A stretch of 64,000 nt of DNA from Lingula anatina (taxonomy: Eukaryota > Animalia > Brachiopoda): assembly GCA_051362555.1 (NCBI GenBank), contig CM120640.1, positions 59,870,788-59,934,787 on the forward strand, in the 5' to 3' direction. Position numbers and translations under genes: made by a program. Each line of letters opens with the position of its first letter. Positions within the stretch are counted from its first letter, which is position 1. The notes below the pieces were generated by a model, which had not been told where the DNA came from, searched no databases, and worked only from the letters and a program-made list of their open reading frames with translations. This document shows, piece by piece, positions 39,801 to 50,830 of the stretch.

Positions 39801-42800
39801 TTTAAAAAAAGAGGCAAAAGCAGTAATACACAACATATGTTGATTTCAACTATATATGATATCCAAACTTCATTTGTATATAGCTATCAACTTCATCATC
39901 AGACAGACGTGGTAGAAATTCCCCAGTTCATGCCATAAAATAATTGCCATCAACATCATGCATGTTTAGGCAAAGAATATTCAAGATAAAAGCAGGAAAT
40001 ATTATTACATGATGTTAGATCGCATTCACAACGATTTGAGCCAGGCTTTACAAATCCTGAGACTAATATGGCGGACGTACATGAAAGGAAAACTGCCTAA
40101 TCTTTTAATAGTCTCTCCGCCTCTCACACGCCTCCCCACACGTCGTCCCTGCGGGGTACAGTCATTAAATCTCGGCTCCGTTCACCATGTGGAAGCGACC
40201 TGAGAAATATTAAGTGCGCATGCTCATCAATTAAACTCGAGGTGAAGAAAGCATGGAGGCGATCGAAGGAAAAAATCTCTTCTGTTCTATTATCTCTCAA
40301 AACAGAGATGAAAAAGAAATGAATTGGCCCGTAGAGCAGCAATGAATCGGCTATCTACGGAGATAATGTCACCAGAGATATTCATGGAGATACCTAGCCC
40401 CAGTAGACGTATGCAGTCTTGTCAGAGGGCGCAGTTCGTTCTGATGCTGATGTTTGCCTTGTTCCCTACGCCTGATCGAACTGTTTTCATGATTTTGATC
40501 CCGATTCATAGCCAATTCATTTCTTTTTCTCAGGTCGCTTCCGTATGGCGAACGGAGCCGAGATTTAATGACTGTATCCCGCAGGGCCGACGTGTGGGGA
40601 GGCGTGTGAGAGGCGGAGAAACTATTAAAAGATTAGGCGGTTTTCCTTTCATGTACGTCCGCCATATTTAGTTTCAGGATTTGTAAAGCCTGGCTTAAAT
40701 CGTTGTGAATGCGATCTTATTCAAATCTCAGGAGAATGATAACGAACGATCAGTTGGGGTGAATGCAGATATCCATACTGGCAGATTTTCATTCAGACCA
40801 ACAGTAATCAAAATGCTTAATTCACAAATAAAACCACTAGTTTTCGTACAAGTTTCAGAAGTACAGCAAAACCAATAAGATAAGCAATGAGCTCACTGAC
40901 CTGGTATATTTCCAACAATCCCTTAGTGACTACATGCAGAGGGTAGTATTCTTTGAGTTTTGTATGATCCACTGTGTACTGCCTCTCTTCAACCATGCTC
41001 ATGTAGTAACGAAGGTCCCACATGTTGAACTTATCATCAAATTCATAGCCATATTTCTCACACTGAAATCACAAAGGTTCACACATAAATGCATTCTTCT
41101 CAAATCAAAATTTTGCTAATCTCTACCATATTCATTATATTTACTAAGTACGTTTTAAAAAGACAAATTATTGTCAGTGTGGTATTAAAGTGCAGGAACA
41201 TGACTGGCTGACAAAATTAGAAATGCAAAACATTGTGAACACTCAGCATTTATCATTTAAATTGCACACTACCTCCTCTTTCTTGTACTCCATGAACACC
41301 TTCATCTCTTGATCTTTCAATGGTTGAAGCTTGACAGCTAAATCTTTCAGAAAGGTCTCCACTCTCTCTGGTGTCTTGGCCATTCTCATGTCTAAGATGA
41401 ATGCAGCATGGTTGGGGAAACCAAGAAGCTCTGCTTTCTGGAAAATCAAACAAAAGAAAAACTTGCTATGAGCATGCATGTTGTTGTCAATAAGATAACT
41501 CTTGGCTCCCCTACACTTTAAATGAAATAATGCAAATAATTGCTTTGAACAGCACACCACCACTCATTATCAATGTATACAGGGGTGGTATATGTAATAA
41601 TACAACAATCTCTGCAGTCTTTTAATAAGCACTTCAATATATAAACTATACCATACATTACTATATATTTAAAATAATACCATACTGTCAAGCATAAATT
41701 CTGAATACTTATATTAACAACAATTCACAATAAAGCCAAATGTTACCTTATGTCTCAGCTCAACAAGTTCTTCCAAAATTGGAGTATTCTCTTTCATACA
41801 CCTGCAAATATTATTTCCTTTGTTTAAATATCACAATGATAAATATGAAAGGCCACAATTCAATAAATAATGAAGCTTCTAAATGTAAATTATCCACAAG
41901 AAAGAAAATGTAATTGATACATGTACATACACCTCTCTCACCATGTGGCATTTTTCTCTTTAATATGTTTGGCATTTTTCTCTCATATATGTTCTAATTA
42001 CACAGATCACTCTAAACCATACCTGGTATTGAAAGCTGTCTCCAGTCTCTTCCTAGTCTCAGGATTCCTGGCCTTTTTCATACATGGGAAGTAGTGAGGG
42101 TACTTTAGGGACACTTTGCACTTCCCTTCCTCAGTCTGAAATATGGGAAATACAGTATCAATTATCATTCTATGTAATATGAAGTCAAGACATCTTATGA
42201 ACCATAACTTCTTTAATTATTCAAATCTAATTCCATCCAAACCTCATGTACATACAATTACGTACTATATGATGGCATTTCCTCCCAGTCAGTGACTCAC
42301 TCATTCTAACATTTGCTAGGTACATAGTACATGTATCTAGGGTCTATTCACAATGGTATTCACTATTCAATATATGGTCTTAAGGGAAAAAATCCTCTTC
42401 CTTATCTTATAACACACTCTTGTACACTATTTTGCACAAATATAAAAACATAATTACCTTTTCAAGTCCATTGATGAAGTCATCTGGTAGTCCAACTAAA
42501 ACCGACAAAAATACTCATATAACTTTCAACCTGTTATTGATTTGGTTATTACAAGGTTTAAAGGCCTTTTGACATTTAACATTATATCTTTAACATTTAA
42601 CATTATATCTCTATGACATAGCTATACAAAATTGACAAAGCTACCCAGAGAACCATAGCTAGCTACATGATGCAAAAGCATCATCAGTGGCATATATATT
42701 AAATCCTGTTACTTTCACTTTCCAATGTTTAAACATGACACACAACAAATCATCTCCAACTGATCAGAACATCAGATGGGTAAAATCAATAGTTGAGGAA

Positions 42801-45800
42801 GGTCAAAAGAATAACATCCCAGCAGGCACACAACGTTGATTCAACGTTGAATCAACGTTGTGTGCCTGCTGGGATATAACTATCACAAAGTAATCTATAT
42901 TCAAAATGCAACATTGGTCAATTTATTCTGAAAGCCAGTTGATATTTTACATTAATATATGTACCATATAATTTCAATAAGTTACCTAGTTCTTCAGCAG
43001 TGAATTCAAGTATTGTGTTCTCCTCATTACAGTACTTATTAAAGTCTATGCTCAGATCACTCATCCGTTTCTTGATTTCTTTTATCTTGTCCTGGACATC
43101 CTTAGGAAGATGGAGACCTAAAATATATTGGATCATCAGACTTTTTTCATAAAACTCAACACTGATATCTAAAATGCTATGGTGTATTTAACATTTACTT
43201 TTTCATTTCACACCTTAATCTTAATTGCCGTCATGTTTTGGCCTACTTCTTTAAATGTATCAAAAACAGCATTAATAAAATACATGTAACTATAGCAAGG
43301 GAGTTGAAAAGAAGCATGCCGAATGGCAAGCAAGTCTTGACATTTGATATTTTTTGTATGTGAAGACAAGAAGTACTTTCAAGAGTAACTACAGAGTAAC
43401 TACACATCTTGGCATGCCCTACTTTGTCTCAATGTGCTCATAACATATGCAGACATGCTGAAAACTTCAGAATGGCCGGACATTTGGACTGGCAGTAATG
43501 AAAAATTTGTCGGACCGAATGGGTTTTTGTCGGACCAAAAATCACCCTTTTCCTTTGAGACAAATACTACCAGTATGATTAGGGGTGCTTACTTTGTTTG
43601 TGATAGGTTTGAAATGGAAGGGAAAAAGCGCTTTGGGTTTTATATAATTTTATTAGTGAAGTATATCAAATGATAACTGTAAATTCACATTTGCTGCTCT
43701 TTAAAATCTTGTTGGTCCTTTGGACCGACCAAGTCCAATTTTTTACCAATCCAGACAAATTTTCTCGGTCATGACAGATCGGACTGGCAGTTTCTGCATA
43801 TGGCACAGGTGCTGAACTAGTGGATGTCCTGATTTTGGCTTACATTGGAAGGCTGACTAAGGGCAAACTAAAATTGGGGCATTCAACATATATAGTTGTC
43901 CATCTCTAAATGGTATGAAAAAGAAAAAGGTATTGCACAATATGAAAAGAGCCTATAGATCTTACCATTCCTTTTCCCCAGCTTGATCTGTTTCTCCAGG
44001 TATCTCTTGGCCTCACCCTCAAGTTCTGATCCATGCCTTTTCTCAAACTCTAGCAGAACCTTAAACACATCTTCTCTCATGCTGGAAGATAAGATATATT
44101 TGATATATTTGTGCATGTGGCAGGACACAAGTTTACTTCTGATTGCCAGGAAATAGTATATTTTTCTATTGAATTATCTTAGTAAGTTGTTTGGTAATTA
44201 AGAAAAAGCATACTTATATTACACTTAGGCTTCGTTCAATTACGCCGCGGGATATTTAGGGCACAGACCGTGATCACAAGATATACTGCGAATAGAAAAT
44301 AGATTTTTAGAAAATAGACTTTCCATGTGAACGAAGCCTTATATTAGAAAAGACTTGTCATACTTGGATTTACATAAAAGGTAAAAATATTAAAAGATCT
44401 AAAGTCTTTATTTTGAACTTCAATAACATAGGCAGTGTAGTGCTAGTAAATAAAAAGCAATTAGTCTACATGGTACCTTGTTTCTACATCAAACTCTGAT
44501 ATCTTCTTATCTGCTGCCACACTGGCATCCCTGAGTGCTTTGTCTGCCGACACATTCTGAATAAAATCTATCATGTTGCGCTCAACTGCATATTCACGAT
44601 TGTTGTCAGCAAGAGCCTAGAGAATTGAAATATGAAATAAATAAAATATAAATTCAAAATCATTAGTCTTAAACATCTACTATTCCTGATTTTAACCTTC
44701 CTGAATGATACTATTAATGGAAAACAAATTGACCATGTGAGCTCTGAAAAAACCATATGTGATGACATATCATGAAATATTAATATACAGAAAATGAAAA
44801 AAGACAGTGGACAGTAAATTGCAGGTGCAAACTCCCAGTAGAAACAAGAACACTTTTCTATAATGCACATAAAATCCCTCACCTACTAGCTAGTACACTA
44901 CTGCTCCACTGTTTGGGGCAGTAGTCCAAAAATCTATAAATCATACCAGAAACAGAGGCACAAAAAAAAAAAAAATCCTCTTTTAATCTATTTAAAGACT
45001 TGAACTCATTACTGGCTCACCATTTATGAAGGAATAAATTTTAGAAAAGTTACAACAATAAAGAAGTCTCAAAATGATTTTAAAAGCTTTAAGTACATGA
45101 GTAATTTTTAATAATGAATATTTACTACATGTGTATTACAAAGAAACAAACCAGATCTTCAGCAGTTACATTTGCCAGGTGGTAAACATACCAGCGTAAA
45201 CATAAAGATGTTTAATCAATGGGCCTGTTTGCAGCTCTATGCTTTTTTTTTTTTTTTTTTTGAATAAGCTAGATAATGGCATAAGAAATTTGAAAACTTA
45301 AAAGAAACTTTTAAATCAGTTTATATAAATTTTATGAAAAAATGGGGATTTTTATTGTTGTTTGTGTGTGTGTGTTTTATTGTTATATTTGCTACTCTTA
45401 ACAAAATATTTAATTGTTTTTACTAATTTCACAGATTTTTATTTGTGTAATTTTAATGAGGGCCATGGGGAAGATTAATTTTTAATTTACCATGTTTTTA
45501 CCTTTGATAAGTAATTTAATTAAAAATAAATATAAATTAATAATATATATCCTGTATGTGTATGTCACTGTGTGTACTGGAATATGTATGCAAGTATATC
45601 CGCAAAACATATTTACCTTGGAATATCTGCTAATGCATTAAGCACAGATTGCATAACATGCATGCGATTATGTAACTGTAATGGATTCTCTTTTCATATG
45701 CTTTTTCATATGCTTTTTACAGTGTATGACACTTACTAATGCAACAATTTGACCAAGAACTGCGGAAGATCGGCAAATAGTGGAAAGAACTAATGAAAAC

Positions 45801-46131
45801 CAACATAGTGCACTTACGGCCACACGTAACGAACCTTAATAACCCTATCATAATTTATCTCATCAGGCTTAAGGGCACCGACGGCGTCGTAGACCGCCCT
45901 GGATTTCTTGATCAACTCCTCCGCTTTGACAGGGATGTCCTCTGCAGTTAAATCCCATCTCAAACGGTTACCAGGGGCTGCCATGTCTGCTTGTTGATTC
46001 TGTGCACAAAATTGACGATACATGTTACATGTAAAATAACGAAAATTGCAATCGTTTGTAACTTTAAATCGAACACGAATCGGTACTGGTTTTGTGAATG
46101 GACTGAGTAATCGATACACCTTTGTTGCCAT
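36824..46131 (-). CDS. THOP1: Thimet oligopeptidase/neurolysin-family M3A zinc metallopeptidase, 17 coding exon positions (exon 13 duplicated), ~712 aa long form or ~663 aa short form
   Basis: Exons on the - strand: 46131-45835, 44616-44477, 44081-43966, 43117-42986, 42495-42458, 42135-42023, 41801-41747, 41437-41273, 41062-40901, 39727-39662, 39443-39339, 39109-39002, [38537-38464 OR 38433-38360], 38185-37954, 37706-37575, 37249-37133, 36910-36824. Motifs: [51 protein letters not shown] (HEXXH), [44 protein letters not shown]. Confidence 0.95.
38360..38433 (-). CDS. Peptidase catalytic exon variant B ([24 protein letters not shown])
   Basis: 74 nt, gttttag acceptor, AG/gtaagc donor, same phases as variant A. 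Confidence 0.9.
38464..38537 (-). CDS. Peptidase catalytic exon variant A ([24 protein letters not shown])
   Basis: 74 nt, ttctcag acceptor, AG/gtagga donor, phase 0 in and phase 2 out, which fits the flanking exons. Confidence 0.9.
40018..40716. mobile_element. 699-bp MITE with ~190-bp terminal inverted repeats and TTA target-site duplication (PIF/Harbinger-like)
   Basis: Termini GATCGCATTCACAACGATTT...AAATCGTTGTGAATGCGATC. Inverted arms ~40018-40208 and ~40525-40716. TTA at 40015-40017 and 40717-40719. CpG retained. Confidence 0.9.
42816..42875. mobile_element. Perfect 60-bp palindrome, probable minimal MITE (CCCAG...CTGGG with AT flanks)
   Basis: ATCCCAGCAGGCACACAACGTTGATTCAAC followed by its exact reverse complement. 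Confidence 0.7.
43450..43802. mobile_element. Degenerate DNA-transposon remnant with repeated (T)CGGAC/GGACTGGCAG subterminal motifs
   Basis: Clusters of GGAC/CGGACC motifs at both ends; weak terminal inversion (CATGCTGAAAACT vs AGTTTCTGCATATG). Confidence 0.35.
44228..44338. mobile_element. Internally deleted copy of the 11556 MITE family, with TTA target-site duplication
   Basis: GGCTTCGTTCA...TGAACGAAGCC termini flanked by TTA (44225-44227, 44339-44341). The body matches the right arm of the 11556-11791 element. Confidence 0.85.
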
Positions 46132-46700
46132 GCACAAACCGTGTCCACACGAGGCTTACCGAATTATGTCAACATCTGCCACTAGGGGAATGTTATACAA
46201 GATAAGACAAAATTAAAAAATTAAATATAAATCATACCTTGAATTATTTATATTAAAAGATTTCACGTATCATTGATACAAATTTTAAAAAAATAACAGC
46301 GTGTAAAGATATATTTAAATGAACTGATTCGTATTTGGTAACGCATTTCACAAAGGCTGGTTTATCTTGTGTCGACAACGAAAACAGACGGCAAGTGTTC
46401 GCAATTTTCAACAATCACAGCTGCTCCGTGGCAGTGTAATTAGAATGTACAGTATGTTATTAAGGTTATTATAACTATTTATATGATTAATAGATTATTT
46501 AGAATTTTTTATGGTATACTACACTACACTGTCTACTAACATGGCCTGCGATACACTGGTCTAGCACATACATAAGTTGTATTATATCGGATATAATTCC
46601 CTGTGTAGACTCAGTAGACAGAATAACGGTTGTACCAAGGACTCGTAAGGGCGAATGAGCTCATTGGTTGCAAGGCAGTAGACTTCCTTGATTGTACTGG
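46132..46700. promoter_or_regulatory. Probable bidirectional CpG-rich promoter shared by the peptidase (-) and SLC35A5 (+)
   Basis: Head-to-head genes with local CpG retention. The SLC35A5 first coding exon has an upstream acceptor (tttcag, 47667-47668), which implies a non-coding exon nearer this region. Confidence 0.5.
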
Positions 46701-47708
46701 GCGTAGTGTAGTCTTAACGTTAAGCATGCTTTAATCACTTTGTATGAATGGAATAGGGCACAAAACAACTCATCAAGTGGAACTGCCAGCGCTCTGGATA
46801 AATGTGAGCACCCCCTTATCATCATTTAATTTCTATTTACCTGTGACTATGATCTACTTAAAGTAATCCTGCACACTGCTTCAAAGTACTTTTTAAAGTG
46901 CTAGTGGTTTTAGCCACAGAAAATTTTTTTAGATCTTTTTTAATATAAAATATATTGCCATTGCCTCAGTGTGATACATGTACTATTTTTGCTCCACATT
47001 TTATGCATGTACTCCCAGTACTGTAAGTATGAAGCAGAATATGACATTACCAAGTACACAAAGTCTGAGACAGTCAGTTGAATTGACTCAACATAATCCA
47101 AATTGAAACCAAAGATTTTTGCTGCTTATTGAGATGCTTTTTGTAAAGTTGTGTCCACTCATCAAAACTCTGTTATTAGTAAGTTAAGAGTGCACTAAAC
47201 ATCACCTTTTTGAAATGTGTGAGTTGTATGTGTCATACACTGTAGTTGCTGGAATATAGTGTATGTGCAAGTTCACTGCACACTCAGCAAAATTTTTGCA
47301 AGAAGAAAATCTGCTACTGTTCAAGGTTTAATTAAGACTTTGGACCCATCAAACTGTATGCTGGGTCCTACAGATAGAAACAAACAGCATTGATATTTGT
47401 TACACTGCCTCAGGATGTGATCCTGCTTGATGCTTTGTACTAGCAGATCACAGAGAGATAGTTTTATTGTAATCAGATACACCACTGCCATGGTTATTAA
47501 GTACAAAAAAAAGTTATACAATAGATGATGGAATGTGATAATATTATGGATAAATATTTATCATACCCAAAATGGAATTGTTCTCTGACATTGCTGTAGT
47601 TGATCTGATTAATTGTTATTTAATAAGATATGGTCACTCAGTAAAAATGTTCTCTCTCTTTATTTCAGTAGCATGTATTCTCTTATATTCACCATGTACT
47701 GATGGAGG

Positions 47709-48656
47709 ATGACTTGCCTAAAAACGCTGTGCAGTACATCTCAGTTAATTACACTCCTACTGGGGGTGGTGTTCATTACCCTAGGATCATGCAGAGTGTT
47801 GCTTATAAAATTCTCTGCAAATGAAGGTGCATATTTTCATTTATCTTACAAAGAAATTTAGTAATGTGTAAATAGCCTTTTTATGACTATTTTATAATAT
47901 TTATAGCATGAAATTGCCTTCAGAAGCCTTGTAATCTTTAACGTTATCCCCTTTTCTCTTGTTGATATGCACTGCACAACACTGCAAACTTGCACCCCAT
48001 TTCCATAGATTTTTAGATCGATCTTTCCCTGTGGGGAGTCTCACTAGATTACTGTCAGCTTGGCCGGCTTAAGCGTCTGTCCCGCCTACTAAAAGCTGTA
48101 AGGGGGTAATTAACTATGGTGCCCACTTGGCTGACTGCAATTTAGCGTGAACCCCCAGGGAGTTAGGTCGATCTAAAACTTAATCTTTATATCGATCTTA
48201 ATCTCTGTGAAAGCACCCTCGGTCTCTTAACAATGTTTTATTCAATCATTTTTTTATTCAAGAGGGCAAATATGAATATCTCCCAGTGAGTGTCAATGTT
48301 GCAGCAGAGTTCATTAAGTTGGTAGTTTGCTCAGGCCTGTCCATAAGACTGTTTTGGAAAGGTAAGTTCTTGGACAAATCTGACAAAAAGGCATTTGGTA
48401 TGCTTAATTTGGACAGTTGGTTAATTAGGGTGAGTCCTGCCCTTCAGAAAATTCATGAGTTTGAAAGTTCATTGGTCCAATTTTTTGTTAACCTTTTAAG
48501 GTTTATAGTTTGAAAGGTTTTGTGAAAGTCATTGTTAAAGACATCTATTTGAAAAAATATCACCTGTAGAATGTTGAATCTTAAGACATGGGGGGGGGAT
48601 ATAGGGGTGGGGAAAGGGCAAAAAGTGGCAGATATGCCCCTTCTTTGCCCTACCCC

Positions 48657-48706
<50 letters not shown>

Positions 48707-50265
48707 AAGGCAAAGAAAGAAAAAGGTGTTGAACAAATGAACAAGTGAATTGTAACAATTGGCCTTAGAGAAACTCTTATGCTACATTTGGTGGTCTTAC
48801 ACATGTATGACACTGGATGCTGTGGTATGTAGGTGGAATTGGCATTGAAATTAATTAAATAATTTATATATTTTTCAGAGGAAAGATCTTGGAGAGATAT
48901 TCAATGTTCCAGAAAAGAGGATGTTCTTAGTTTTGTTAAGTGGGCAATACCAGGCCTGCTTTACTTCATTGATAACCTCATTGCTTTCTATATCATCAAA
49001 TATTTTCAACCGGTATGATTACTTGAATTTATTTTCTTTTAAATATGATAATATGAGTATGTTTTAAAACCTTTTTTTAAGTGGTTGATTGACTTTAAGG
49101 TCTTTAAAATGTTATGTATTGAAACTGATGCATTTTCAAAATATTAAAAAAAATATGTTGTTATTCACAGGCCATGGTAGTGCTGCTGTGGAATTTTGGA
49201 ATTATTTCAACTTCGGTTTTATTCAGAATTGTTTTAAAGTAAGTGAAATTAAAAGTTCAAAAGGCTGTAAGTCATAATTAATTACCAGGGCACTTATTAT
49301 AATAAAAGGATAAGGAAGTCAATAAAGGATGTTTGCATACTAGTTTATCATCTAACACAGAAATATTGGAAATAAAAAAAGGCATTATTTCATAAATATT
49401 TTTTTATATTTATGTGTTTGTATTTCTTTTCATTTTCAGAAGAAAGCTGTCTAGAGTTCAATGGTGTTCCCTGGGGATATTATTCCTGTCAATAGTGCTA
49501 TTATCCAACAAATCTGGATACAACATGGATCACCAAAAACATCATGCTGTTAATCACCTGATCACCAACACCAGTGTCAACAGTCATATTGTGTGCCAAG
49601 CTGAAATCAGTTCAATCACAGAAACTGGGACCAAAGAAGACAAACCTGTCATTGACCTTAAAAGTATTCAGAAAGCAGGACTCCAGTTTCATTTTCATAC
49701 TGGGCATTTACTTATACTTGTACAGTGTGTCATATCCTCCTTAGCAAATATTTATAATGAAAAAATATTCAAAGAAGGCAATGGGATGCAAGAAAGTATA
49801 TATGTGCAGAATAGCAAGCTGTACTTATTTAGTGTGATATTTAACTCTTTATCGGTGTTGGTTCATGGTGTGTATAGAAGGAAAGTTGCCTCATGTGGAT
49901 TGTTCTATGGACACAACAAATACTCTGTGGCTGTGATATTTATCACTGCAATTTATGGATTGACTATTGCTTTGATTCTGAAATTTAAAGACAATATGTT
50001 TTATCTTTTATCAGCCCAAATTACAACAGTTGTTATGGTGGTTATGTCCATTTATTTCTTTGATTTTAAGCCAGATTTGGACTTCTTTTTGACTGCTCCT
50101 ATTGTGCTGTTTTCAATACTTGTGTATAATCTTTCCAAAACTAGTGATATGGCTTCTCATGATTTGCCTCAAAACCTCACTTCTAGAAGTGAACACACAA
50201 AAATGCCTCACACTTTATATGAAATGCAGCCACTTAATGTGGAATCTGATGATCCAGAGACCTGA
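47709..50265 (+). CDS. SLC35A5: Nucleotide-sugar transporter SLC35A5, 5 coding exons, ~414 aa
   Basis: Exons 47709-47826, 48263-48361, 48879-49012, 49171-49238, 49440-50265. Motifs [88 protein letters not shown] and ALILKFKDNMF match SLC35A5 as I recall it. Confidence 0.92.
47993..48218 (+). mobile_element. ~225-bp interspersed repeat (MITE-like), copy 1
   Basis: Near-identical to 60648-60872; imperfect inverted ends built from TTAGATCGATCT units. Confidence 0.85.
48653..48702. repeat. Poly-C followed by (AC)n in SLC35A5 intron 2
   Basis: Directly visible homopolymer and dinucleotide tract. Confidence 0.9.
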
Positions 50266-50830
50266 TTGTGAACTAGTACAGTAATTAGAGAAAGCACAGT
50301 GGCCTAATTTCAGGTAGAAAACAATTTTATAATTTAGAAATAAGTTTTATTTATGATATAAAAATCAAAATATTTTTATAAAACAATGAAAGGTATGTGA
50401 AGTTGTTTGTTGCTTTACATTCTAAAAGTGCATTGCTGTAAATGTGTTAAACATCAATAAAATATCATGGAACGTTTGCTGGATGTTTGTTACTTATAGT
50501 CAATATAAAAAAAGCAACAATAAGTAAAATTTGAGTTGCAGAAATGTTTATCTCAAATTGCCAAAGAAGTTAATATGCATTACATTTATTTTTCTAATAA
50601 CTTCCATGTCTACAACCGACCCATCTTGTTTTTATATGTAGAGCGTTATAACATCGATAACTACGTTTTTCCTTTTTAAAGTTAAACTCGCATGATGGTG
50701 GAAGAATGACACAAATGCTTATTAAAATTAGACCCGTCACAGTAGTTCTCCTTGATGGTAGTAAGACTCACCTGACAGACAGACGTAAGGTGCCATATGT
50801 AGGTACCGTTTCTGTCTGCCACTTTGTAAA

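Noticed and set aside
40009-40671. ORFs of 64-115 aa with mutually similar peptides
   Set aside because: They lie within the inverted arms of the MITE; the similarity comes from the inverted repeat and no transposase motifs are present.
45812-45818. Stronger-looking gtaagt donor 17 nt downstream of the peptidase exon 1 donor
   Set aside because: It is out of phase with exon 2 and would shift the frame, so it was not used in the model.
47700-47702. In-frame TGA upstream of SLC35A5 as a selenocysteine codon
   Set aside because: No SECIS was recognised, and homology to SLC35A5 begins at the downstream ATG.
48100-48125. TAACTATG resembling a 28S rRNA segment within the 225-bp repeat
   Set aside because: The match is only ~8 nt and the flanks do not follow rRNA sequence.
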